This document shows, in pieces, positions 50,424 to 62,479 of a stretch of 64,000 nucleotides of DNA. Within the stretch, counting starts at the first letter, position 1, and each line of letters opens with the position of its first letter. The DNA comes from Geosiphon pyriformis uo1 (taxonomy: Eukaryota > Fungi > Glomeromycota), in NCBI GenBank assembly GCA_016748015.1, contig JAAOMT010000129.1, positions 744,001-808,000 of the forward strand. Reading direction: 5' to 3'. Position numbers and translations under genes: made by a program. The notes under the pieces were generated by a model, which had not been told where the DNA came from, made no database searches, and saw only the letters and a program-made list of their open reading frames with translations.

Positions 50424-51394
50424 TGTTACCGGAGGTTTTGAGTCTCTTTTCTTAAATGTTAGTAATATTGATTTGTTGTGAATTCACGTTTTCAGGAAGT
50501 AGTTGAACCTCCAATAACTGAATTTATCTTTAAATTATCTCCTATAATTTAAACTGCTGGGCTTATAAGTGGAATGGCCAATTTCTTGCCAGTTACTTAT
50601 GTAGTTACATTGTAGTAAATGTCAACTCTTTCCCAGGAATTGCTCGTCTGGAAGCTCACTAAAAATGTGTAGTTACTTTGCTGTGAAAGTCAACTCTTCT
50701 ACAGAAATCTCATCTGTAGACTACCCTAATGATTGTAATAAGAAAATAAAAAAAAAATAAAAAAAAAGTAAAAAAAATAGAATTTTGTCAAGAGAAACAT
50801 TTTCTATCCAGGCCTGGAGTTACTAACAGTTTACTGAAATTGGTAGCTAATCAATTTCAAAACGTTAGTTGGGTTTTGGGGATTTTCCAAGTGCAATAAT
50901 TAAAGAATTTGGTTTTTCGAATTATTTGATATTTATTTCTTTTTGTGTGTATAGGAATGGTTCTAAGTGGTAAATCTAAAGTAAGATATATTTTCCAGAA
51001 GAGAAAAGCTCTTCTTTTATACAACTTGTTGTAGTACTAGTTTATGAACTTGCACTTTTTTCTCTTTGCCCAAATTCCGGCAAACTAAAGATACATTTTG
51101 ATGAACTACAAGTTATTTCGCTAAACTATTGATTAATTTGGGTGAACTATTCATAATTTCGACGAATTTCTGTAAATTTCGGTGAATTTTTGAATGTTAC
51201 AAAGTTCAGGGTATTGTGTAATTTGATCATCTTACTTTTTGTTATACTAATTAGATTATTTTACTTGAATCATGATATGTGATAATTGATTAAATAATAA
51301 ATGATAATTTGAAATGATATTAATATACTAATGAATTATAGGAATTATAAAAGTAATTTCATGCTAATTAATAGCTAAAATTCTACTGGTAACA
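50424..51394 (-). repeat. 5' LTR of Gypsy B
   Basis: Direct repeat of 42008-42995, adjacent to the PBS. Confidence 0.95.
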
Positions 51395-52199
51395 ATGCTT
51401 AATTTTTTTAATCAATTTAGTAAATAACAAAAGAAAATAAAAGAAAATAAAGAAAATAAAATAAAATAAAATAAGAAATATGTGTTCTGTCAATAGCCAT
51501 AATCAAGAGCTATTGTACCAGCAAGTTAAATAGTGAATAATAACATAGATTTAAGGATAATAGATTATTTCATTAATATGAAAGTGATTTCACTTCAAGT
51601 TATAGTATTTTATCTTTTGAAGAAAAAGTATTTAATAATTATGACCTGCAAGTTTAATTGACTTTAAGAGTCCTACTGACTCTTAGTCTTCTTGACTTTA
51701 AGCCTAATTGACTAATTTTCTAGCTTTTGATACTACTGCTATATATACATAAATTTATGTTCTATAAGATTGTTTACATTTTCAAGTAATGTGCTATGAT
51801 TTCTTGAGCAATGTGCCCTAATTTTCTAATATTGCTCCACATTGCTAAGCAATGTGTTCATGTGCTAACTACTACTTTCTTATTGATCTACTATTTTCTA
51901 TATCTGTTTTTTTTTTATGAGTAACATTATCTCCTCCTTTTAATATTGAGCTCTGTCAAAATCTTCTAAATCTTTTTTTTGTATCAATGTTGTTGTTGTA
52001 ATTTCTATTGCTATTTGTAAATCTAATTTTATATGTAACTGGGATTTTTAACTATAGTGGTCTATCCAGAATATCCATATTCAAATCTTGCATCTGTATT
52101 ATGTGCATGTTCAAACATAATGCCCTCATTATTATTACTGAATTTAGTTAATTCTTGCTTTATTGTAAGATTTAAAAGTGTGATATATTGTTTGGTATT

Positions 52200-52405
52200 T
52201 AAAGCAAAGTTTGAATTGTTGTTGTCATTAGCAGAGTTTGAATTGTTGTTGTCATTAGCAGAGTTTGAATCATTGTTGTTATCAGTGGAGTTTGAATTAT
52301 TGTTATCAGTAGAGTTTGAATTGTTGTTGTCATCAGTGGAGTTTGAATCATTGCTGTTATTAGTGGAGTTTGAATTGTTGCTGTTATTAGCAGAGTTTGA
52401 ATTGG
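52200..52405 (-). repeat. 21-24-bp coding minisatellite (NSNS[A/T][N/D]DNN) in the internal region of element A
   Basis: About 9 units of gagtttgaattgttgttgtcattagca; the ORF 52062-52472 continues into a dUTPase-start relic (EGIMFEHAHNTDARF). Confidence 0.88.
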
Positions 52406-52769
52406 GATTAAGTTTTAATTCTGATTTCCATTTGTTCTTGCTAATTGGCTCTTCTTTGAATATATAACACATAAGAGTGGATTGTAACTATGTCTCAATA
52501 TTTTGACTCAGGATTGTCAAGTGAGTTTTGCTAATTTATTGGTATTTTGAAAATTAAGTTTTATTGGACTATTGGAGGTAAGTTTCTTTGTATGATAGTG
52601 GTATTTGGAATTTATCAGACTTTGAATGTTTGGGTTTTTAAATAATTCCCAGAGTTTGAATTGCTAGAGATTTAACGAGTTTTATCAATGATAAGTTTCT
52701 TTGTATGATAGTAGAGTTAGAATTTATTGAGTTTCAAATGTTTGGGGTTTTTTTTTTGAATGATTGGTT

Positions 52770-53310
52770 CTTGAATAATTAGAGTTTTAATAAGTTTATC
52801 AAAGGTAAGTTTCAAATGTTCAGGGTTTTAATGATTGAGTTTTGAATAAATAGAGTTTTAATTTAATGAGTTTTAATGAATTTATCAATGGTAATTTTTG
52901 AATGTTTGGGGTTTTTAATAATCAGGTCTTGAATAATTGGAGTTTTAATTTAACGAATTTTTAAGAAATTTATCAAGAATAAGTTTCGAATATTTGGAGT
53001 TTTAATAATTGGGTTTTAAATAAATGGAGTTTTAATTTAATGAGTTTTAACAAATTTATTAACAGTAATTTTCAAATGTTCAGGGTTTTTAACAATTGGG
53101 TCTTGAATAATTGAAATTTTAATTTAACAAGTTTTTAAAGAATTTATCAAGAGTAAGTTTCGAATGTTCAGAGTTTTAATGATCAGGTTTTAAATAAATG
53201 GAATTTTAATTTAATGAGTTTTAATGAATTTATCAATGATAATTTTTGAATGTTTGGAGTTTTTAATGATCAGGTCTTGAATAATTGGAGTTTTAATTTT
53301 AATGAATTTA
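52770..53310. repeat. 87-bp tandem repeat with A/B alternation (174-bp higher order)
   Basis: Unit starts at 52855, 52942, 53029, 53116, 53203 and 53290, an exact 87-bp period. Confidence 0.88.
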
Positions 53311-53753
53311 TTAATGGTAATAGTAAAATAAAGATTTTGCAAATTCTAAGTGATTTTTTCTTGGTTTTTCTTGGTCTGCCACTTTCTTATATGGTTGTTG
53401 TTGGTACTGGTTCTCTGTTAGATTATACCTCACAGAGAGCACCAAATGTTACAGATAATTATTTGGAGTCTCAAAACAAATAACAAACTCATAACTTGGT
53501 ATTCAATTGATGGTTGATAATAGTTTCTAAAGGTTTTGGTTATCTGAAGGTTTTGATGAAATCTTTTGTATAATAGACAGAGATTTTAATGTGGTTTTCT
53601 TTTAATGGAGTTTCAAGTGTCAACTTGCAAGTTAAAATAGTTGTTGTCTGTCACTTCCTAGAATCATAATTTTGTCAATTTTTTTCTCGGCATGGTGGCC
53701 AACAATCTCCTGGTAAGCTATTCTCAAATCTGAGTGTCTATCCTTATTCCTGG

Positions 53754-54625
53754 TGTTACGGGATAGTCTTCTTGTTATATTTAATTGCCAATATCCCATT
53801 TTAATTGCAATCAGTCTTTCATGAATTCTTCAATTCTATTTGTGTGATAATGTCACTGTTATACTGAAGGCTTTCTTTTTAATGTTGCAATATAAGTTAT
53901 TCCTCAATTCCTGATTGTTGTGTGTGTTTATGTACTCCTTTTCAGAGGCTGAACTGAAATCTACCCACTGTCTGGGGTCTTTTCTGAGGCTATCCTTGCA
54001 ATTGTCTAATGTGTTTCTCTAATCTAAAAATACAGAATGTTAATGGTCTTTAGCACTTTTCCTAATTTTTACAATAAAGCTTTTATCAATTAGTAACAAT
54101 GTAAATAATCTTGATCAAGGATTATTCTTCTAAGAGATTCAGCTGATGAATAATAGTTTTATTCAATAAATAATACAAGTAAGTTTCTTAATACTTTGGG
54201 TTGTAATAATTCAGTTTTAAATATTCTTTTTCATTTCTTTTTGATTTAAAGGTTTTTTGGGATATTTAATTTGAAAGTACGATTTAGTGGAGTTTGTTGG
54301 ATAAAATTGGATCTATTGCTTCATAAGTTATGATTTTTATTGCTTGATTTTTTTTTCCCAATATTAAAGCTACTGTATATATATATGTTTGTAGTTCTAT
54401 GAGAAAACACATTGTAATACTTTCTTTTTAATATTTCAATCTGGTGTTTGCTGCTATCACCAGTTGGTATTGGCTGCTATTGTGAACTGGTGCTTGCCAC
54501 TATTGTGAGATGGTGTTTGCTACTATGTTAATCATTATCTTTTTAAGATTATTACTGTGCTATATTATGATTGAATAGTTTGTATTATTTTTATGATTTT
54601 TTTGCTAAATTCTTAAACCATAACA
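53754..54625 (-). mobile_element. Solo LTR C (third family) inserted in the 5' LTR of element A
   Basis: TGTTACGGG...CCATAACA termini; TSD CTGG/CTAG; the host LTR sequence resumes exactly. Strand inferred from the TATA-region orientation. Confidence 0.85.
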
Positions 54626-57600
54626 CTAGGTTTTTTACCAGTGTTATATCCTGATGTTAGTAACTCAGCACTTAATTCTTTTAATCAATTTAGTAAATAA
54701 CAAAAAAAAATAAAAGAAAATAAAGAAAATAAAATAAAATAAAATAAGAAATATGTGTCCTATTAATAGCTGTAATCAAGAACTATTGTGTTAACAGGTT
54801 AAGTAGTGGATAATAACATAGATTTAGGGATAATAAATAATTTTATTAATATGGAAGTGATTTCATTTCAAGTTATAATATTCTATCTTTTGAAAGAAAA
54901 GTATTTAATAATTATGACCTGTGAGTCTAATTGACTCTAAGAGTTTTATTAACTCTCAGTCTTCTTAACTTTAAGCCTATTAACTAATTTTCTAGTTTCT
55001 GATACTACTGCTATATATACATAAATTTATGTTCTATGAGATTGTTCACATTTCTGAGCAATGTGTTATAATTTCTTAAATAATGTTTATATTGCTGAGC
55101 AATATGCCCTAATTTTCTAATATTGCTTCACATTGCTAAGCAATGTGCTGTAATTTCTGATATTGCTCTACATTGCTAAGCAATGTGCTTATGTGCTAAC
55201 TACTACTCTCTTATTGGTCTACTATTTTTTATATCTGTTTTTCTTTTATGAATAACAGTGAATTAAATATTTTAATAGCAAAAAAAATAAAGTTCATAGA
55301 TATTTGAGCATTTTTTTGTTTACAAAAGATTTTTTTTGATCAAGTATTACTAAAACACACTTGGACATAAAATTTTTTACAAATTTGGTTCTAAGAAAAA
55401 CTGTTTTTAATAAACAATTTTTGTATTTAGTATTTGTTGTTTTTTAGTCCATAATTAATTATAGACTATAATTTAATTATATATTAATAAATGTATATAA
55501 AAAATATAACAAAATGCTGAAAAAAAAGTTAAAACTTATAACCAATTTATCTAAGAATTTTTTTAACAAAGCCATTTTTTATCTTGAATTGTATAATCTT
55601 AAAACATTCAATTAGATACAAGCCAAAAACTCACTTGCTAATTCAGTTATTTATGCCAATTTAAAAAACATTCTTGGCAATTTGTTCAAACACAAAACTA
55701 TAAATATACAAATAATTAGTTAAATGTCTTAGCAATCTTTAGTTTTCTAATTATGTTGTTAATTAATTCTATAAATTATTTTTTGGCAGATATAATGACT
55801 ATTCTGGCATCAAATAGTTTATTATTGAATAATAACTTATTTAATGTCTTTTAGACTGGTAATAGTGTTGCTATTGCAGATATTTTAGAGTTGAAATAAT
55901 ATATAAGGATAGTAAGCTTGTTTAAGAAGTTTGATATTGTTTTTGTAAATTAGCTTTTGGACTATTATAATATATGTTTCACATAAAATACATTTTGTAA
56001 ATAGAAAAAACTGGATTTTAGGGATCTAATTTTTGAATAGTTTGGTTTGCTGGCTGAATTTATTGAGAATAATAATTTATATAGCAGTTGTACTTTAATA
56101 TATTGTTTTACTTTCAATAGCTGTTTATATAATATTAACTTTGTTAAGAAATGTCTTTTAAAAAAAAAGGCTAATAAAATAGTAGTTTATACAAATAAAT
56201 TAATCAAAAATTTAGGCTTACAGTAATACTACTACTTATTTTTCAAACACTAATGTAAGTTTGAAAGTTAGAGTACAGAGTTTATTCTCTTCAACTTTTA
56301 TAGAACTGCAGACTATTACTTTTGTTTTGGAGTATATTTTTGTATTTAGTTTGGTGGTATTGTTTATAAATAGTCAAGTATTATTGAATATATGTGCTTC
56401 AATTACAAAAAATGTTAAACCAGATTTTTATAATAAATATTGGATAAAAAAAAAGTACATTTATCAAATTATTGTGTCAAAAAATCTGTTAATTAATTAA
56501 AATAAGATCAAAAATCATTTTGAAGTTGTTAACAATAAATATACAGATTTTTTTGTCAATGTTACTATCATGTCCAATTTTACACTACTTATTAAAGTAT
56601 TATACCACTTTCTTATAGTGAAAGGCAAATTTGTTTTTAAAAATACCTGTTGCTTTATTAAAAGTCTGTTTGAGATTATTAGTTTTGTTGATTGGAAATT
56701 TAAGTATGCAAATAATATTGTAAATAGATTTCTTTGCAATCTTTTTTATGTGTATTAAACTTTTAGTATATAATACTTTAATAGTCAAATTCAGTCTGGC
56801 TTTACAAGCTCTGTTTTTGTAGTACTGTATTTTTATTTTATAAAAGTCTTATATCACTAATTGTTTATGACCAAAAGAAAAAAATTATACAATCTGTATT
56901 ATCTTAGTGTGTTATGTATTTGGTGTAGACTAATAAAAGACTCAAATCATATGTTTTTATGTATATACAATAATAATACCAAAAAAGTTTTAATTTTAAA
57001 TACTATTAGAAAATAAACTAGTTTGCTGGATATTTATGTTGCTAACTGTGTAATAATTTATTTTTTCATAAAACTGGGTTTTCTAATTGTTTATATATAT
57101 TATTAGCTAAAGATTTTGTAATAAAAGATTGAATAACTGATACAGTAGAATTGTTGAGAGGTAAATTAGATAATAGTTTATTAATTATTAATTTGGTTCA
57201 GCATTTTGCTAAGAATTACAGATCTGCTATATAGTTATTAACAGCCAAATTAAAAGCACATTATAAAAAACATAGTCTATTATCACATAATGAATTTATA
57301 ATTCTTGCTATGATTAGATTAGCTTTTTTGTGGTTCTGTAAAATAATTTATGATTTTGGAATCAAGTTGGATATTTATGTTTGTTTTGGTTTATATTTTT
57401 GGTTAACTATTATATAGTTTGGTTTTTTATATAGCTTTTTTGTAGTAGATAATTTAGATATATAGTGTTATCTTGATTAGTCTAAGTAACTGGTCATGTA
57501 TAAAAAGAGCATGAGCTATACTTAATATAAGATCTTATATAATTATATGTACTTAAGTAGTAGTTGGGCTGTACTTATTAAAATTTAATAAAAACATAAA

Positions 57601-59404
57601 AAATACAATCAGCTAAAAATAAAAAATAAAAAAATTATTAAGAAATTTATAAAAAAATATAATTAAAAATATTTGATTAATTAAAATACTATTGTTAAGA
57701 TTATATTTTTAATAATATAATTATTTTATTATTTGAATAATATTATAATAAAAACAAAGTTAAATAATAAAATTGATAACTTATTTAGTAAAATAAAATA
57801 AAATATAAAATATGAATATATATATTTAAAAAATATAAAATAATAAGAAAATATAAGTATAAAAATATATTTAAAATATTGATAACAAATATTTAAAACT
57901 TAAAAAAAAAATTGGCTTAATATAAAACTAATATTTTTTTAAATTAACAAAAAATTTATATATATAATTAAATTACTTTAGATCTATATATTATATTAAA
58001 ACTATTTAAGTATATTAACTACTTATATATATTAAATTAATTAATTTAATTGTAAATTTATTCAACATATTATTTTTTATAAATTATTAATTTAGATATT
58101 CAAATTTAAATAACTAAATTTAAAACTTAATTGTATATTAATAATATTATTTATAATTATAATTAATATAATTAAAAGTAAATCAATTAATTACATTTTT
58201 TAATAGTTGTTTTTGAATTGTTAAAATATTAAATTATATAAATAAAGATGTATAAGAATTTTAAAGTATAATAAAATCTGTTATTATTAAATTATATATA
58301 CTAATTTTTAATTTTTATTAGTGTTTTTTGGTTTATTAAAATTTTTTGGTATCTAATTTAGTTAATAATTAAATTATACTATATTTTTTTGTTGTAATTA
58401 AACTAATTGCTAATCTTTTATTTTTTATTTATTAGCAAATTTTGTTAAATTTAATAATATAAGTTTTTTTATTTAATTTTAATAATAATTTTTATAATAT
58501 ATACTTAACAAGAAAAAGTTATAGAATATTTTATATTTTTATTATTTTGTGTTTTATAAATAATAAAAATATAATTAATAATATTTAATTCGTATTTTTT
58601 TATCAACATAAGATTTTTCGAATCTTTTTTTAATAAATATAAATATTTAAAAATCCAAAATTCCAAAAAAAAATCAAAATAATTTTGAGTGTATTAAATT
58701 ATTATTTTTTTAGAAGAAAAAAAATCTGTATATAAAATATTAAACCAATTTAATTGTTTTAAATTAATTATTTAAAATATATTTTATTATAAATAAATTA
58801 ATACTATTAAATTCATATTCAAAAATAGTAAACTTTCTTTTTTTAATAAAAAACTATCAAAATATTACAATAAACAATTAAAAAAATTAAAAAAGTATTT
58901 TTAAAGAAATTTAAGAAGATTTTAATAAAAAAAATCTTAAAATTTCAATAAAAACTATCAGTGTTTTTTTATACAAAATTGGTTTTTACTTAAAAATTGC
59001 TTTAAAAAAATTATTATTAACTCAAATTCAACAAAAAAATCGATTTAATTAGTGTATTAAACATTTTTTTTGGATAATTAAAAAATAAAATAAAGTTATT
59101 TAAAGTAATAAATTAAGATTTTGTCTTTTTTTTAATAAATTTCAAAAAATATAAAGAAAAAAAAGAATAAGATTTAACAAAAAAAATATATTATTAATTA
59201 TAAAACATATTGAAAAAAGAATTATAATTTAAAAAACTGGATTAGATTTTTTAATTTTAATAAAAAATATATTAAATTGGTTTAAATATATTAATCTTTT
59301 ATAAAAATATTTATTATTATAAATTAATTATAAATATTATTTATTTCAATAAAATAATGATCTAATTTATACAGTTAGAAATATTAAGACTTGAATAGTT
59401 CAAT

Positions 59405-61700
59405 TTATTTATTTATTTATTTTTTTTATTTGAGTTTAACAAGCAAGGCCCAACCACTATCTAATACAATATGACTATGTAGGATCTTAAATTAGATGTA
59501 GTTCATGCATTTTTTACATGTAACCAGCTATTCAAACCAGTTCAGGCTATACTACATTGATGCACCAGAAGAAAACTTACCCAAAAATAACATCTTTGAA
59601 TAATCAAAAACAGAGTTGCACTACAAGAAACCAATCCAACCAGTCATTCAGCTGTTTTTAAGGCATCAGCTTTAACATCAATAGGCTCATGTTCCCAAAG
59701 GAACAACAAGTTAGAAAACACCTTATTATCCAAACCAACTGGATGCTCTGAATTACCAGACATATCAATATCCTCCATGCAGCATTCTTTTTTTAAAGAA
59801 ACCACTTCCCTTTCCAACTTACCAATAATCTTACTAAAAGAACTCATGTGTACCATAATCTCATTGACCTTAAGGCCAAGTTTACTGCTTGAGACCAAAT
59901 CCTCATTAATAAATTGCTCAAACAATTTGACCAAGGAACCAACTGGTTTAACAATAGACTCAACCAAAGTAGAAAGCTTGACCAAATCAGATTCCAAAGA
60001 AGCCAACCAGGAAGACACTAAGGAATCACCAACAACCATAAAAAAGGAAATAGAAGCTGCCAAGAAAGGAAACTCAGAAGAATCCAGGGAAGTAGAAGCT
60101 TTCACATAAGAAACACCACTCACAAAATGAGACTTAAAAACCTTGAGAACCTTGGGAGTAGGAGGTGGGGAAATCTTGCAATCTACAGCCAGATGGCCTA
60201 TTTCTTGACACTTAAAGTAGTGCCAGCAGCCAGGAGTTTCCCACCAGATATGGCATTTCATTAGAGTACCAGTCTTGACTACAGTAGAATCCAAATTACC
60301 TTGAAAGTCAAATGTAACCAAAGCAAACTGGAAACAATAACCAGAATCAGGAGAATGAGAGATAAAACATGTTTGACCACCAATCTAAGAAATCATATTA
60401 CTGATTTCAAAAGCAGTACAGCCAGGGGAAAGATTGACCAATTTGGCCTTAAACTTATCACGAGACAAAATAGTCTTATTTTGATTCACCAAAGGGAGGA
60501 TTCTAACACTATTCTTGCCCATCAAGACTAACCAATGCTTCAAGACAGACACAGCAGAGTCTAACTTTTCAAAATAAACCACCACATACTGCCAAATACC
60601 AGCAGGCTTCAGCACAACACGAGTAACACTACCAAATACATTGAGAGCCAACTTAACGTCAGCAGCAGACACACCCAAAGATATATCACGCAGCACAACA
60701 GCAGCAAGAGGAGAACCAGATTCAGAAACCACCAAAGACTTGGCAATTTTGAGAGTGGCCAAATGAACAGAACTTGTAAGCTCAACCAGAAATGCAGCTT
60801 TTAAAGACTGTTGAAAAGCAAACTTTACACAGAAAAGTTTCACATTGTCTTTTGAAACAGATTTAGCACCCAAGAAACCATGTACAGACTGAAAAACAGT
60901 CTTAACATGAGTCAATTTGATCTTAAAAGTAGCACCAGGCACCAGAGTGGAGGCCACCCACCCAGCAAACCTTTGACGACTAATAATAGTTTCCCAAGCA
61001 CTACCAGAAGTAACACCAGAAACTAGAGGAGGAGATAAATCAGTTTCCATTTGATCAGCCCAGTTCCCAAGAACAGGTGACCCAACAAAAAGAGATTGTT
61101 TTGCTTCCACTACTGGTAATGATCTGCTGAAAGATACTACATTTGGCAACACAGCCAGTGGTTGATCTTGGCCTATCTTGGATGATGTGTTGGATGATGC
61201 TATGGAGATCTCATCTAAGATCTCATTGGAAACCAAAAGGGGTTCGGTATAACAATAGCAGAGGCAAGCGACTGCCTCCACTTTTCTGAACTTCTGGTCT
61301 TTTTGACCATTTTTTTTGAAAAGGTGGTGCTAGAAGCACTAGGTGTCAAATCTATAGAGGGGAAGACCAGCTTATTTACCAGTCTATTATTAAAAACTTT
61401 TGGGCTCTTGGTTGGGGTGGAGGCAACACTGGGACTAATCCAGATGTGTCTTTTTGAGGGGACTTTGACTGGTGAAAAACCAGCCAAAGATAAAAAAGTT
61501 GTTTTAGTGGCTATCAAAGGCAGCTTATCACAATTACTGAGTAAAGGAAAGACTTCTAAAACGTTTTGCCTAGTTGCTTCTACAACAGAGAGAGCTCCTC
61601 TGATTGAAATTTTATTAGATATCTTAGGACAGATATTAGGTGCAGCTTTTTTATTTTTTGCTCTGGTCGTGGTCATAAAATTAATAAGACAAAGAGTTTA
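59405..61700 (-). mobile_element. ORF1-only LINE derivative (HAL1-like) with LINE 3' tail and A-rich end
   Basis: ORF fragments 61676-61215, 61281-60385 and 60321-59644 form an ORF1-like protein (RRM-like segments, FKCQEIGHLAVDC knuckle, coiled-coil-like end). It is followed directly by the about 130-nt tail shared with LINE copies 2 and 3; no APE or RT is present. Confidence 0.8.
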
Positions 61701-62479
61701 ATTTCTAATTAATTTATTTTTTAAATAGCCAGCATAATTATTTAATTTAAATTCAATAAAGTTTTATTAAATATATATTATAATTTTTATATTAAAAAAC
61801 ATAAAAATTTACTAATAATAATGAAAAAGTATTTTAATTAATACTTTTTTTAATTTTTTTATTGAAACTAAAAGAAAAATTTTGTTAAAAAATTTTTTAA
61901 ATTGTATTTTAACAGCTTGTAACAAATTTAATATTTTTTATAAAAACAATTTTTTGGTTTAAAAAGCATTTTTACTTAATTTTTTGTTTTTATAATAAAT
62001 TTAATTATAAAAATTGTAATTAGTTTTGTAAAACATATATAAATTTATAATTTAGTAGACTAATATTATTTAAAAAACAATTTATTAATAATCAAAATAT
62101 GTAAAAAATTTATTAAGTTTTTTAATAAATATTTATAAAAATAAGATTAATTAAATTATAACAAATTTTGGTCTTATTAAAAATTAAAAAATACATAATA
62201 ATTTAAATTATAATAAAATTTTCTTATTTTTATTTTGAAAAATTTTTTATACTTTTTTTTTGTATAAAATTAAGAGATATAAATATTTATGTAATTATTA
62301 AATTAGTTTTAAGTTTGTAATTAAGACAAATAAGATTAAAAATCAGTATTTTATTTAGCTGTTAATATTTTTATTAATAATACTAGTTGAGTTAATAATA
62401 GTTAAATTATTATTTAAATATATTTTGAATATTATAATTAAATTTTTTATAATTAATAATATTTTAAAAAAAAAAAAAA

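Larger units (their letters stand above)
42008..51394 (-). mobile_element. Full-length Ty3/Gypsy element B: gag, PR, Cys-rich domain, dUTPase, RT, RNase H, IN, extra 3' ORF; stop-disrupted
   Basis: Near-identical LTRs 42008-42995 and 50424-51394 (TGTTACC...GGTAACA), exact TSD ATGC. PBS TGGTGCTCTCCC at about 50410-50421, PPT GAGGAGGAGA at about 42999-43008. PR ILDSRS. RT SPWASSVVLV, FSTLDLESGYWQ, MPFGLCNAPATF. RNase H LATDASH. IN HTDPSSAH, LSDQGTHF, YPQTNGLVE. Confidence 0.96.
41661..55257 (-). mobile_element. Non-autonomous LTR element A: about 870-bp LTRs and a 1.5-kb deleted internal region; each LTR carries a younger insertion
   Basis: TSD GTAA/GTGA. 3' LTR = 41661-42007 plus 51399-51926. 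PPT at about 51927-51940. Internal region 51927-53446. PBS tttggtgctctc at about 53435-53446. 5' LTR = 53447-53753 plus 54630-55257. Confidence 0.87.
40465..57597 (+). mobile_element. 5'-truncated, strongly decayed LINE copy 3 (40465-41660 plus 55258-57597), split by nested LTR elements
   Basis: RT-region homology to LINE copies 1 and 2 on both sides of the insertion; RNase H and CCHC relics at 56180-56960; conserved 3' tail at 57460-57597. Confidence 0.85.

Noticed and set aside
52057-52467. Plus-strand Leu-rich repeat ORF (FELLLSLAE repeats)
   Set aside because: Antisense shadow of the minisatellite in element A.
52200-53310. CRISPR-like array
   Set aside because: Contiguous tandem units without unique spacers, in a eukaryotic LTR element, with no cas genes.
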